From Octopus vulgaris (taxonomy: Eukaryota): a stretch of 64,000 nucleotides of DNA. Positions 42,400 to 57,783 of this stretch are shown in pieces. The stretch's first letter is position 1. Every line of letters begins with the position of its first letter. A program made the position numbers and the translations under genes. The notes under the pieces were generated by a model. It saw nothing but the letters and a program-made list of their open reading frames with translations. It was not told the DNA's origin and did no database searches. The stretch covers positions 7,440,001 to 7,504,000 of the forward strand of contig OX597817.1 of NCBI GenBank assembly GCA_951406725.2. Reading direction: 5' to 3'.

Positions 42400-43240
42400 T
42401 AATGTATACAAATATCGGCTATAAAACCGAAGCATGAGTATTACACAAATAAAATCCCTTGCCATATGTGTTCTGCATCGAATTGTTCTCAGTCCCTTCT
42501 CCTTCTCCTCTATCAAAATGCAATGATCCAGTGATCGGCTTGTTAAAATCTGTGATTACTTTCAGTATTCTGCACCACCCGGGATATAAATAAATAATAC
42601 GTGACAGCCACAACTGAAATTTATATATGGCTTGTTTCGTAGTCTTCTTATATAAAGAACCCACATGATATCGCTTTCTTAGTATATAAGGAATCCATAT
42701 CATATATTCTATATCTGTGATTCTTGACAAACCTTTCTTGCAATCTTCCGTTAGATTTTATTGTTTTGGAGAATAGATTAAATTATATGTCACACATTTG
42801 TTGATGTATTTGATTCTTGTATCAATTTTAACATCTTGGATATCTCGAATGCCGTGTATTCTTATTTTTGATGTATTGCCTCAGCGGAAAATTATAACTC
42901 GCTGACATATTGGGCTGACCTGTGATAATGTGATTTACATATCCCGTACCCACTTCACAATATTCCAATATCAAAGAGAGTGGATAAGATGTATATATCT
43001 ATGAAGATTATTTATGATTTAACTTAAACAGGATTCGAATACCATCGTACAATGGAAGCGTATTGTTCGCAGTATGAGTTGATGGAACGATTATGTGTCC
43101 AAGATAATCTATTCTACTTGTTAGTCTACGACGTATTGTTTACTAGCTTTCCAAATACACATACGTGGCATAATAATCCTCTCGTCTAACAACTATTTCT
43201 CCAACAGAATTGTCACCAATACATTTACTTTTCTCGGGGC
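42400..43240 (-). pseudogene. Decayed non-LTR retrotransposon RT fragment (R4/RTE-like)
   Basis: Microsatellite-free stretch with remnants resembling INHLxFxDD and LxxxRxxGGRG. Many stops. Confidence 0.35.
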
Positions 43241-43339
43241 AGGTTAACTAGTGCAACAACGCTTCAAAGTTTCTAAACAAAAGAGAAAAACAAGCACACG
43301 CACAGATACACACACACACGCACGCACATACACACATAA

Positions 43340-43369
<30 letters not shown>

Positions 43370-43374
<5 letters not shown>

Positions 43375-43540
43375 ATCCAAACAAGAAAGCACAAAAAAAC
43401 ACAACAACACAAGGGCTCTCAGGAAAGAAGGAAAGTAGGACGGTTTAACGTTTCGAGCGGAGCTCTTCGTCGGAAACATAGGAGAAGGAAAGATCCAGAG
43501 AAGGGAAGACAGAGGAAAAAAATCGCCAACGGTACACACA
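43370..43540 (-). mobile_element. Short HHR-bearing repeat, family H2 (HHR at 43443-43477)
   Basis: Minus strand: gttt CCGACGA a gagc tcc gctc GAAA cg TT aaac. Embedded in (TA)n/(CA)n. Confidence 0.65.
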
Positions 43541-43549
43541 CACACACAA

Positions 43550-43580
<31 letters not shown>

Positions 43581-43623
43581 CATACATATATATGTATGTA
43601 TATATATATAGAGAGAGAGATAG

Positions 43624-43692
<69 letters not shown>

Positions 43693-44049
43693 TGTATGTA
43701 TATATGCATACCTACATTTGTGCGAGAAGCGTGTATATATTCGGATAACAAACGGGGGGGGGGGGGGAAATAGTAATCAATATACAATGCATGTATAAGA
43801 CAGAAAGCTGGCAAAATCGATAGCATGCTGGGCAAAATGCTTAGCGACATTTAGTCTGTCTTTGTGTTCTGAGTTCAAATTCTACTGGGATCGACTTTGC
43901 CTTTCATCTTTTTGGGGTCGATAGAATAAGTACCGGGTTTACTTTAAATTTAACTTAAATTTGGAAAGAATTCTTGCAATAGGAATGTTTGGTATACTTT
44001 AAAAAGATGTTCAGCAAATAAAAATTTCCAGATAATATTTCTAAAAATA

Positions 44050-44843
44050 TTCTTTTCTACTCTAGGAGAAAGGCCCGAAATTTTGCGGGGAGGTGGCCAG
44101 TCGATTAGATCGACCCAGTACACAACTGGCACTTAATTTATCAAACCCGAAAGGATGAAGTCGACCCCGGCGGAACTTGAACTCAGAACATAAAGACAGA
44201 CGAAATACTGCTAAGCATTTCGCCCGGCGTGCTAACGTTTCTTATTTCTTTACTGCCCACAAGGGACTAAACACAGGGAGGACAAACAAGGACAGACAAA
44301 CGGATTATGTCGATTGTATCAATCCCAGAGCGTAAATGGTACTTATTTAATCGACTCCGAAAGGGTGAAAGGCAAAGTCGACCTCGGTGGAATTTGAACT
44401 CAGAACGTAACGGCAGACGAAATACCTATTTCTTTACTACCAGCAAGGGGCTAAACACAGAGAGGACAAACAAGGACAGACAAACGGATTAAGTCGATTA
44501 CATCGACTCCAGTGCGTAACTGGTACTTATTTAATCGACCCTGAAAGGATGAAAGGCAAAGTCGACCTCGGCGGAATTTGAACTTAAAACGTAGCGGCAG
44601 ACGAAATACCTATTTCTTTACTACCCACAAGGGGCTAAACACAGAGAGGACAAATAAGGACAGACAAACGGATTATGATGATTTTATCGACCCCAGTGCG
44701 TAACCGGTACTTTATTTATCGACCCCGAAAAGATTAAATGCAAAGTCAACCTCTGCGGAATTTGAACTCAGAACGTAACGGGCGACGAAATACGGCTTAC
44801 GCATGTCGCCCGGCGTGCTAACGGTTCTGCCAGCTCGCTGCCT
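44050..44843 (-). mobile_element. Tandem multimer (~4 units) of SINE family B
   Basis: Repeated ~185-bp units; a single head at 44843. Confidence 0.88.
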
Positions 44844-45129
44844 TATAATATATACAATTTATTCACAACATGTATTCTTAGCGAGACGCATACATATGGG
44901 AATACACCAGAGAGAATGTTAATCTCACTGTATAATTGTGCGTGTATGTATGAACATTCGGGCAAACATTTATATGCATCTGTGCACTTTTTCCTGCGTG
45001 TGTGCGTGGGTTGTTTGGGGTTTTCTTTTTGAGAGGGCGAGAGGTGGCGCTGAATGTGTGTGTGAGTGTATATGTGAGTGAAAAGTAACAATCCATGTTT
45101 AAGTTGTGTATATAATATACTCAAATTAC

Positions 45130-45363
45130 AGGCGGCGAGCTGGCAGAAACGTTAGCACGTCGGGCGAAATGCGTAGCCGTATTTCGTCTGCCGTTAAGTG
45201 TTCTGGGTTCAAATTCCGCCGAGGTCGACTTTGCCTTTCATCCTTTCGGGGTCGTTAAATTAAGTACCAGTTACGCACTGGGGTCGATGTAATCGACTTA
45301 ATCCCTTTGTCTGTCCTTGTTTGTCCCCTCTATGTTTAGCCCCTTGTGGGTAGTAAAGAAATA
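45130..45363 (+). mobile_element. SINE family B monomer with 19-bp TSD
   Basis: TSD tatataatatactcaaatt at 45109-45127 and 45364-45382. Confidence 0.92.
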
Positions 45364-45613
45364 TATATAATATACTCAAATTTACTAATAGTGTTATATA
45401 GCAGCTTTCCTTCGAAACACTATTATTGGGTTCTTCTTATTGCTGCTGTTGATGTTGTGTTATCGTCGTAACGAAGATGATGGTGGTTGTGGTGCTGTGG
45501 TGTTGATGGTGATTATAGTGATGATGATGATGGTGATGATAACGTCGGCGATGATTATGGTGATGATGATGATGATGATGATGATAACGATGACTTTGAT
45601 GATGAATATAATA

Positions 45614-45739
<126 letters not shown>

Positions 45740-45743
45740 TGAA

Positions 45744-45779
<36 letters not shown>

Positions 45780-45914
45780 GATAATGATGATGATGATGAT
45801 GATGATGTGATGATGACGATGATGATGATGATGATTATGTTAATGGTAATGATGATGCGGTGGATGAGAATAATAATGGTGACACTGGTGATAAGAGCAG
45901 CGGCGATGACAGTG

Positions 45915-45950
<36 letters not shown>

Positions 45951-46227
45951 ATGATGGTGATGGCGGTGGTGGTTGCTCCCGGTAAAGGAAGTGCAATATT
46001 GGATGGTGGCAGATGAAAATGGCGGTAGTTTACGCGAATGGTGGTTATGGAGATGCTCAGGTTATCGTGGTGTCGATATTGCTCGAACTTGTGCGAGGAA
46101 TTGATCATCCTCGTTGGTGTCATCATCTTAATCATTATATTGATGACAGAATCGGTTTAGACATTCGTGCTTTATCAGTAAATATCGTTTTCTATGCCTG
46201 CTCGGTTATGTATACATGTATGCATCT

Positions 46228-46281
<54 letters not shown>

Positions 46282-46282
46282 A

Positions 46283-46331
<49 letters not shown>

Positions 46332-46475
46332 ATGTGTATGTGTGGAGTGGAGCCAAGAAGTTGTATGTATGTGAAAGTGTAATAAGCATCCCGCTTTTTC
46401 AACTTCTAATACTTTCTCCCTCTCTTAATCACTTATATATATATATGCAGGTATATATATATACGCACACGGACA

Positions 46476-46514
<39 letters not shown>

Positions 46515-46527
46515 ATGTATGTATATA

Positions 46528-46579
<52 letters not shown>

Positions 46580-46638
46580 TATGTATATATATATATATAT
46601 ATCCATGTGTATATATACATATATATGTATATATATAC

Positions 46639-46692
<54 letters not shown>

Positions 46693-47623
46693 GTATATGT
46701 ATTATGTTTGTTTATGTATGTAAATATATATATAGGTGTGCGTATGAGTGCTCCGTGTGCGTGTGTATGTGTGTGCGCGTGTAAACGTATGCGTATCTGC
46801 GTGTGTGTGTGTGTATAGTGAGCTTAAATCTGAATAAATGGCTGTTTCAACTATATACGTGTGTTCCCCTTCATTTTTATGCGTATCACAGCAGGACCAG
46901 CTTACTTACACGTATACGTGTGTATACGTTTGCTATCATACGAGCGTGGTAAGAATGTTTACCGTGAACTTAACTGCAGGAAATTAAGAGTAACCTATAT
47001 CTACTTCATAGTTACCCTAACCCCGTCGTCGTTTGGTGTCACGTTTGCTATCGGAGAAGAGAATATTTGCTTTTCAATATTTCATGTATGGATCGTGTTT
47101 CCATTCCACTTTTAATTGAAAGTACAAGTGAACTTCAGGAAGCAACTGGTACCGGGATACGCCATGTAAGCCAAGTAATCTTTCAGGAATATGCAGTTGT
47201 TTTAAGAGGTCGATTTTAAGGTCCCTTTCAGCACTTTACCTATGTTGCAAAGTTATACATTTTGATAAAGATTGTGACTTAAGGTACAAAGAGAGGGAGA
47301 AAGCGAGAGAGTTGTTAAAAAGTGAACTCATTCTTTATTCAGAGTTTCACAGTTATTTCACCGCCATCCTTAAAATAATATTGCAGAATTGTCCAAAATT
47401 CTACAACATAAATCCTGCTTTGTATTTGAATTTTCTTTGCTTATATTAATCCATAAACGTACGCACACACATACACACACACACATATACATATATATGC
47501 ATACTTACATATATTCATACACAAACAATATATATATGTATGTATATATATGTATATATATATATATGTATGCATATATATATATATATATATATATATA
47601 CGCATACACGTGTATATGCATAC

Positions 47624-47672
<49 letters not shown>

Positions 47673-48239
47673 ATAATTAGAAAATAGTAGTACAACAAGG
47701 CACCAATGTTTGCTGGTAATAGCAGTCGATAACTGTGCGACGCTATGTATAGCTTCACTGAATCTATAGTGGCAGAGATGTGTGCGAGCAACAAATATAA
47801 AAAAATTTCGTCTTACCACTACTAAGAATACCGGATACATGGACAGCCTAGAATGGATAATCTACTGGTCAAGTTTCGGACTCTCCTATTACGTCTGTTA
47901 TCATAAATTCGGTTAGTTCTCATCAGCTAGATTCACCGAAAGACGAAATTTTAGAATATTCGTTACATCAATGCCAGTAACTTCGTTTGAACGCCTAGTC
48001 GTAAAGAGAACCAAGATTAAGTGAAAAATTTTTTTGTAAAAATTATAAATATTATTGCAATACAATAGTATTACTTTCCAGCTAAATAAAGGACTGTAAA
48101 GGTAGAATAACAAAAATAAAATAGTGTTGCAACAAGGCCCCAATGTCTGCTGTAAATAGCAGTCGATAACTGTACGCGCTTTATTTAGCTGAAAAATGAA
48201 TTGCCAGAATTTTTATATATTGTTTATTCCTTCTCGAGT

Positions 48240-48515
48240 CATACCTGGCTCATAAGGGCCGGTTTCCTTGGCATATAGTTCCCCCACCTGGACGGGACGC
48301 CGGTTGGTAGCAGATGAGCTACAAGATGCAGGAGGAAAGATTGAGAGAAATTTGTGTCGAAAGAGTCAGCAGAAGTTCGACATTACCTTCTGTCGGGGCC
48401 GCGTGGAGCTTAGGTATTTCGCTCATAAATACACACATCGCCCGGTCTGAGATCCGAACCCCCGATCCCTCGACCGCGAGTCGGTTACTCTAACCACTAG
48501 GCCATGTGCCTCCAC
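48240..48515 (-). mobile_element. tRNA-derived SINE related to family C
   Basis: Head gtggaggcacatggcctagtggttagag..gttcggatc; tail cgtcccgtccagg..ggaaaccggccc. Confidence 0.7.
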
Positions 48516-48550
48516 ATTTATAATGTATATACATACATACATATATATAC

Positions 48551-48710
<160 letters not shown>

Positions 48711-49630
48711 AAATAAAGAAACATCGATACTTAGCCGGTGCTTTATGCATTGTTCTTGAAAATACGCTGATTTGGGCAGGATTTGAACTCAGATGCATGG
48801 AACCGAAGGAATACAGCAACAAATTGGATCCGACATCAACAACATTCTATTAACTAGCCTCCTCAGTGACCAGTAGACGCTTCGGTTTCCAATGAGAAGT
48901 ATATGGAGCTACGTGGAATTGTATTTAACCTGCTGACTTAAGAGTTGAATGCCTTGACCTGTCCGCAAAACGTCATTCGACTGACCATTTATTGATATAA
49001 AAGCACAAAGGAATTTATTGGAGGTCAAATTTAAGATGAGTGTTTTGACATTTTAGATCATTCATTTGGAGCCATGCTAATTTCCTGTAATTTAGTATCA
49101 TTGCTCTTTAAGTACGTGTATATATATATATATATATATAAATAAATAGATATGTGTATATGTATGAATGCATGTATGTGTGTATGTATATATGTGAAAA
49201 ATGCGGAGAAAGACAAAGAAATGGGGGGGGGAGAAAACTCCCATCTGTGTGCACATTCTCTTGTTTGTCTTCGATGTTGGTTTCTATAATGAATTCTATG
49301 CATGCTCGCGTGTGTGAGTTTGTATATGTGCGTATGTGTGTTTGTATGCATGTATATGTGCGTATGTGTGTTTGTATGCATGTATACGTGTGCGTGTGTG
49401 TGGGTCTATATATCACCCGAACAAACGCGCTCTAGGAACCCGAATAACAACATAGTAAGTAAGTCACCTGTTTTGAACGGTTAAAGTAATTAGAATCTCA
49501 TCCGCATGTATTCTGAATTACACAGAAGTATACACATATATATATATATATTTGTATATATGTATGTATATATATATATTTATTTGTCTATATACACGCA
49601 TACATACATACATTATATACTCACACACGC

Positions 49631-49708
<78 letters not shown>

Positions 49709-49711
49709 ATG

Positions 49712-49758
<47 letters not shown>

Positions 49759-49933
49759 TGACAGGGCAAGACCGCTAGGTAGTCGGCCGTATGCTAGAAA
49801 TAGATCATCAACGATCAAGCTACAAAGAATGTTCTCTAGAGGAAAATTCAGCGAACACCAGAAACAAATTAGGCGGGCAAGACTACTGGTTTTAAATTAA
49901 TATTAATTTATCTCTCTCATTATTTAAATATTG

Positions 49934-49989
<56 letters not shown>

Positions 49990-49991
49990 CA

Positions 49992-50040
<49 letters not shown>

Positions 50041-50043
50041 TAA

Positions 50044-50076
<33 letters not shown>

Positions 50077-51894
50077 CTATTTTCCAACGTGAATATCACG
50101 TGACAAAGGCACTTCAAGCCGTGGAAGGTACCCACTGAGTTTGGCAGCACCATGGCAACCGGTGCACTGGTACTTAGTGCGTTGCTTTACTCTGTGTGAG
50201 GAACTTACAACGCCGTCTAAGGCAAGAACTTATGTTTTATGGGTTCGAATTGGGTCATAACCATGTGGAAGTAACCAAAAGCATTTGTTGCGTAAAAGGC
50301 AGTGTCCCAGCATGGCCACAGTCCAATGACTGAAACAGGTAAAAGATAAATGATATGTATGCACGTATTATTACCATCAAAGACGGGATTATCACAGATG
50401 TAGTCAGTTTGATTAGGATTACTTAACTTATTATAACCACTTTGATCTTTTGGGCCTTTAGTAAGGTCCAGTATGTGAGAAACACTTGGGCCATGCCTCC
50501 GTTGTCAAAAGGTTTCTATAACTTGACGATTTGCTGTGTACTACTGCATTATGTGCGACTGGGTTCCTTTCTTCTCTAGCACATTTCGCTCCACCATCAC
50601 ATATCCTGGAGGTCCTTCAACGATAATAAACATTTCCTTTATTTAAAACCACAAAAGAAAAACAACTTCATTGTAATATAACAGGGAGATTTTATTTTAA
50701 TTTTGGAAGGCGTTTTTTTTCATTTTATTTACAAAGATTTGAAAGAATGAAATGCAAAGTCGATACCAGAGGCAATTTGAACACAAAATAATTTGGCACC
50801 GATCTGGCTACTCTAAAGTATTCATTCAAGCGTGCTTTAGAGTTTTGGCCGTCAAAATCACCTGAAGGATGAAAGTAATGAGAAACCACACAAAGAAAAG
50901 TGTAACAAAAAAGAAATTTCAGAGTTGGAATAAAAAGCATCTAAAACGGTTTATTTACTTATTTGATTATTTTATTTTATTGTTTCTTGGAAGCGTTACT
51001 TTGTCCTTTCGGTGTAATTAGGCAAATTAATTATGCTAGAATTAAGTTTAGCACGAACAGTTGGCAAATTCTGTCAGCTCTTCAGACCCGACCATTCAAC
51101 GTTCTAATCTTGAGATTTTTGGCAACGATTATTTAATTATGTCAAACTATTGCAAAAGATAAACCAAACAAAATTAATAACAATAACATGCACAAAGAAT
51201 TAACAAACAAATATTAAGTTTGACACTAATTAGAAAAGAACAGTGATGTTGTGTGAATGAATGAGAGAGAGCGGGAATCTGACTCTGAGCATGAGTCTGT
51301 GTGTCTGTGTTATTGTGGCTGCGTTTGTACAAATGTGTATGAGATTGTATGAGTATATAGTATGTGGTCTACCGTGTATGAGTTTACGTGTTCATTGTCT
51401 TATACAGTGCATGTGTGTAAAAAAAGTTTTCTTTACGTGTATATATATATATATATATAGCTTTGTACGTTTTTGAGTGTGTATGCGTGTTTGTGGCGTA
51501 TAGCAGTGTGAGTTTGTGTGGAGTGTTGTTGTGTATATTTTGTACGGGTTTGTCTTTGTAAACTACGTTCCTATCGCGTTCGTTCGTCTTTCTTTAGCTC
51601 CAGATCTGCTTGTTGGAAAGACATAATATTTATAATCAAAGGCAGGTTACGATCTGAGGAAAATTTGGTAGCTAATTCTCGTAAAGGCTCCTCCACAGGC
51701 TCCAAGTATTTCCTAAATTTTGTTAATGCGATATACGTGTGTCTATGTGTGTGTATGTGTGCATAGGTGTGTACATGTGTACGTATACGTGTATTTCTGT
51801 TTATAGTCGTTAAGCAATTTTCAGATAAGCATTCGATTGCATCATTTCAAACTTCTAGCATTGGTTTCTTCCATATTTTCACAACGTTTCATTT

Positions 51895-51965
<71 letters not shown>

Positions 51966-51985
51966 ATCTCTATATATCAATCTAT

Positions 51986-52021
<36 letters not shown>

Positions 52022-52463
52022 TTCTATCTCTTTTTCTCATTCATTCTAGAAGTAAGCCTGAATGAAATTACAATTGTTAAATTCCCTTCTTAAAATAGAA
52101 AAGAAACTGAAGTGCTTGCTAGTTGATATTTCTTAAGAAAATGGTTGAGGGAAAATATCTCAAGAGATTGTTCTGCACACTCTTTCTGTTTGATGTGAAG
52201 GTCTAACACTACGGGAACATTTGCCTTGTCTCCAGGTGTTGGCTTTAAAGGCTAGGTTCTGTGTTGATTATATTGCCCAAAACATTCACTCAGCTTATCC
52301 TAACAGTGTTTTTTCCATTGCTTGTTTTTTCAATAAAAGCTAAGATGTCAGTTAAATCACAATAAGGATTTAATCACATTCCTTTTATACAATGCATGTA
52401 TGGAAAATAATAGTAGAGGAAACTCCTGACAGACCGCTTCATAGTTTGCTCACTGCATCGCCC

Positions 52464-53120
52464 GGTATCTGGACAACCGCCCGACTGACAAGAGCCCTAC
52501 GGATTAAGTGCCCGACGGATTAAGTACCCGACGGATTAAGTACCCGACGGATTAAGTACCCGACGGACAATTTTAATTTTTTTCGTTAAATCTTGATATT
52601 TTTTTTATTTTTTGGTGAAAGCTGATGTCCTGCCAGCATCTTTTTGGTGATCGTGTCGTTAAGTGCTTGTTCCGTCTTCAGTACCTGAAGGAAACACCAG
52701 ATATTTGGATGTCTTGACGTTATATTCGCCTGTAAATGGTTATGCCATCCCTCCAAGGAATTAATTGTTCGTGGGTAAATTATTGCATCCGCGGTCACAC
52801 ATGTTACACACACAAATATGCAAGAGTGAGTTGGCTCTGTTACACCGTCATATTCAACCGATATAAGCATCCTGAAAGTAATTAATGATTGGATCTGCTT
52901 CTTGGCACAAATTTTCTTGTAATTGTTCAAATGCTGTTACAACATTGTCTGCTGGCACAAAAGCCAAGGCTTTTCGACACATGGTGGTTCTTTTCTTCAG
53001 CAAACTGAGACAAATTACAATTTTTGAGTACAGGAAGATTATCCCAAATGACAAATAAAATGAAATGAATGGCAGATAAAAAGAAAAAGAAAATGTCTGT
53101 CGGGCAGTTAACCTAGAACC
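52464..53120 (-). mobile_element. Internally deleted MULE (Mutator-like) DNA transposon
   Basis: Transposase remnants ALAFVP..V..AFE..YFQDAYIG and RTINSLEGWH..HPNIW.F..LK.EQ. Imperfect TIRs ggtatctggacaaccgcccgactgaca and ggttctaggttaactgcccgacagaca. Subterminal 16-bp repeat cccgacggattaagta about four times. Degenerate 9-bp TSD gcatcgccc/gcacctcac. Confidence 0.8.
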
Positions 53121-53159
53121 GCACCTCACACAGACCGCACTATCCTTTTCCCCAATTAA

Positions 53160-54080
53160 TAGTATATACCAATAAGAACCTGGATGGAAATGTTGACCTT
53201 CTGTGTAGAAACTACCTACTTCAGTATGGATACTGATGTATATCGACAAAAAGAGGGTTTAGATATGGGTTCGCCATTATCACCGGTAATATCCATGGAA
53301 TACTTTGAGAATTTAGCTTTAGGATCAACACCACTAAAACAAGCCCTATGGCTGCGATATGTTGATGATACCTTCATACTCTGGCCCCACCAGGAAGATG
53401 TCCAAGTGCTGTTAGATCATGTGAACTTAATAAAGCCATCCATACAGTTCGCAATGGAAAAAGAAAAAGACAATCAGCTAGCATTCGTGGATGTATTAAT
53501 AATACGCACCAAGTATGGATTCAGGACGTCCGTATATCGCAAGCCGACCTTCACTGGACGATACCTCAACCTCAACTCCCACCATCCATACAGTGTATAG
53601 AGAGGGATTGCTCAGTGCCTAAAACATCGAGCAATGAATACAAGTAGCGATCGTGATACCCACCACGAAGAAATGATCAAGCTCAATAGCAATCTATTAA
53701 GCAACAAATACCCTAAAAGCATACTCTCCACTCCAATTACGAAGAAAAGAAAGGATGAAACCGATAAACTGTCCACAGTCTGTCTACCCTATGTGAAGAC
53801 CTCTCCGAAAAGATAAAAAGATACGCGGATCATATGACATCTGGCCAGTATTCAAAAGCAATACAACACTTCGCAAATATCTCCTTCGAGTAAAACCTCA
53901 AATATAAGAGAATATGATTAAGAACTGCGTATATCACTAGCTGGTGATTAACAAAAGCTGAGGACGAGCAACCACCTAGAAACTGGAGTTCGTGTGTATC
54001 ACGTAAGGCTAGGGATGGGAGCGATGACCTCCCCTCATGAATACTAATCAGATACAGAATATGGGTCGTTAGCCAGCTGG
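53160..54080 (+). pseudogene. Decayed PLE (Penelope/Poseidon-type) RT fragment followed by an HHR-bearing pLTR
   Basis: ORF 53184-53600 has YRQKEGLDMGSPLSPV, WLRYVDDTF, FAMEKE..LAFVDV and YRKPTFTGRYLN..SHHP. Frameshifted continuation contains LPYV. HHR CTGAGGA..GAAActggagTT at 53958-53996. Confidence 0.88.
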
Positions 54081-55626
54081 AAGAGATGTTTTTCTGGGGC
54101 TATAAACACCAATAGCACTGTATAGGAGGCCACACTTGGTTGGCAATTATATGTTACGATTCGGTATTGCTACTGTTTACATCTCGCTCAGAGCTTTTAT
54201 ATACCCTATATATATATATATATATACGACGGGATTCTTTCAGTTTCCGTCTGCCAAGTCAACTCAGAAGGCTTTGGTCGACCCGAGGCAAGTTTCTTGC
54301 CACTCAGCCACGCCTGCGTCTATCAAACGTTTTGTATTATTGTTTAGCTCTTCATTCCATATCTAAGGAACATGATAATAAAATGGTTTTCAGTCACAAC
54401 CATCCTACAATACTCATACATGGCATATTGTCCATCTTGTAAGAGGGTAATTGTGATTTGCTGTATACATTTGTCTGCTCTTTCGAGCATATCATGTATC
54501 TTTCTAAAGTCTATTCTGTTTCGTCGCCTTTTAGGTTATTATCATTGTGGTTGAAGTTGTCGTCTTCGTCGTCGTTGTAGTCGCATGATTTTCTATCTAA
54601 AATGCTTTATGCTGTAGAGGAAGACAACTTCACTGTTACGATTGGAATTGAAGATTTAGAAGGATTCAATACTAATTAACTTGAGATTTGAAACTTCTGT
54701 GGAGAAAATTACCATGAGGATTGTACTTCGGTTTAGGTGTGTAGTGCAATATGCATACCATTCGGAATATCGTTGCATGTGGTATTTCATTTTGTCATCT
54801 GTTATGTCCTATATTTGTTTCATTCATTTATTTTCTATTTAGTTTACTATTTCACATAACATCCGCTAAAAATATCCTACAGCACTACTTTAACAATGAA
54901 AAACTGTACAACAACAACGACATAAACAATAATACTAATACTACAACGACAATAGCGGCAACAAGGTGAACAACAACAGCTACAATAATAAAACCATTCC
55001 AAAATCAATACAACGACGACAATGACAGTCACATGTAATATTCCCCACAGCAATTTGTTACAAAAATTTGTAAAAACCTCCTTCAAGTAAGATTAACAAT
55101 AATTTGTAGAACCAATGTAGACTCCAAGGCGCAAAGCCTTTGCATTTTCTATAGAAGTCCTGCGATGCCCACAGCCAGTATAATATTCATTGTTTACAAG
55201 TTTAAAATAAAAATACATATCTATTAAATAGGCAAGAATATGGTGATTCTATGGCGGGCGACATGTGGATTCTCTGTATTTGAATTACGGTAGCATTTTC
55301 TTTTAATTGGATTTTGATATTGATGAATAGGTAATATTTCAGTTTATACGTTAGAATTGTAATATCAGTCAGTGGATGCCACCCAACGGAATAGAAGGTG
55401 TTGAGTTCTAACTTTGCTGTAGTTAACTAAATTATTGGGAGAAAGACAAATAAGCACTTCGCTTACTTTAAAGACTTTACACGGGTTTTAGTTATTGTGA
55501 ATTATTTATTTATTCCCTTTGTCTTGTGCCGTTCCCTGATTACAAACACCTCTTAAATTCACCGAAAACTGGAAATCAGAACAGCAACATATATATATAT
55601 ATATACACACAGACAGACACACACAC

Positions 55627-55658
<32 letters not shown>

Positions 55659-56149
55659 GCAGACAGACAGACAGCCAGATGTATACATATGTATGTATAT
55701 GTGTGGGTGTGTTTTGAAACACGTAGCAATGGTATATATAACTGGACGTGTGATGAGTCAGTAAACTTTTAACACCCGATGTAATCCAGGCAGCCTGCGG
55801 CGTCGAAATATCTGCGTATCACCCATAAACAAAACCGCGTTCTCGCTGACTAACTGTAAAACAATAGCGTTTTCTTTTATTAGTGAGTACAGTGCAGATT
55901 GTGTCAAAACCACAGTTGACTCTTACTATGAATAAATACAGCAAAATCACACCAGCAACCATAACCAGAAAAGCTACAACAAATGCAACACTGAGAAGAA
56001 CAATAAAACAATACCTCTAGGGAGCTTTTACACGATCGACTGGTCTGCTACAAATAACACCCACATATCTTTCAAACTATACTTAAATATTCCGAAATAA
56101 ACGGACGTTATATTGGGCTGGGTACACTTGTTTGTCGTTTAAAGACAAA

Positions 56150-56348
56150 GGTAGTTTAGAATTGTTTCTGGGATATTAGGGATATCCCTTCATCAGAGAC
56201 AATGTGAGAAAAACAAAAGACGAAGAAAGGTGTATGAACAACAAGTAGGTGTATCAGTTTGACGCTCGGTGAAAGTGAGAAAGTCTTTAACGTTTCGAGC
56301 CTACGCTCTTCAACAGAAAGGAATAAGACAAAATAAAAACCATTAAGC

Positions 56349-56350
<2 letters not shown>
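56150..56350 (-). mobile_element. Composite of two HHR-bearing repeats (H3 HHR at 56285-56320; H4 HHR at ~56150-56200)
   Basis: Minus strand: cttt CTGTTGA a gagc gtag gctc GAAA cg TT aaag, then gtct CTGATGA agggatat..atatccca GAAA caattc. Next to (TA)n. Confidence 0.6.
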
Positions 56351-56425
<75 letters not shown>

Positions 56426-57280
56426 CATACATACATACATACATACATACATACATACATACATACATACATACATACATACATACATACATACAAAACT
56501 TCTCACAGATTTACAATTTGACATTGTTTTCGTTATCTCCTTACCAAAGATGGAGCTTCGTATCTTTGTCAGAAAGCAGCTCTACTTCTTCAAATGAAAA
56601 ATTTAAATGATCAAATACAGAAGGTATGTACACTTACAAATATGCGTGCGTGTGGTGTGAAACGTAAAATTATCAGAATTGGACTTATTCGATCAAAACT
56701 CTGCCCAAGCGAGACAGAGCTGGTGTTAAATTATAGCGACGGTAACAATAACAAAAACAAATAACATCAATATCTAGCAGGCGCAGGAGTGGGTGTGTGG
56801 TAAGTAGCTTGCTAACCAACCACACGGTTAACCAAGAATAAGAAAAAGCACAGGAAACATGCAACATCACCAAAAAATGGAAGCATTAAATGGAAGCATT
56901 AAGAACACGGCCCATTACGGCCGCTCCAACAGAACCAACAACTAGCAATGAACTAAATCAATACCAGCAACAGCACAGGGAGCAAAAACGACAGGAGCAA
57001 TATTATCAGCGACATCAACATTATTAATATCAGCATCAACACCAACAGTAGCAACACCCCCAACAACAAGGAGAGAACCAACAGCAGCAATATGAAATAC
57101 ATAAACAGCGTTGACAGCATTGTGTATCACCACAAGAGCAAATACATATTTGAAACTAACAACGCATATGCTTAAACACAACCATAACATGAACAATAAA
57201 AACGGAATCCTTGTCAAAAAAATCTAATAAGAAATCAGAAATTATTCACCTTCAGAATATATAAATCATTATCTCACTTC

Positions 57281-57361
<81 letters not shown>

Positions 57362-57733
57362 GTTATTAGCCAATCTTTTATTCTACATATTTATAAGTGT
57401 GCATGCTTGTGTGCGTGTTTCTATGTATGTATGAAAGTATGAATGCATACAATTATATATGGATGTGTGGGTGTGAATATGTTCATATATACAAGTATTC
57501 ATGTGTGAGAATGTATATATGTATGCATGTGAATTTATGTGCGTATGTATATACATGTGTAAATATACATGTGCACAATTATTTATGCCTGAATGTATAC
57601 ACACACACGCATATGTATACACATATATATATATATATGTATATATATGAACACACACATACACATATATATATATATATATATATATATGTGAATATAA
57701 ATATATAGGAATATATTTATATGAACATATATG

Positions 57734-57783
<50 letters not shown>

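Noticed and set aside
55741-55817. TGATGA...GAAA possible hammerhead
   Set aside because: Stems I and II do not pair convincingly; likely chance.
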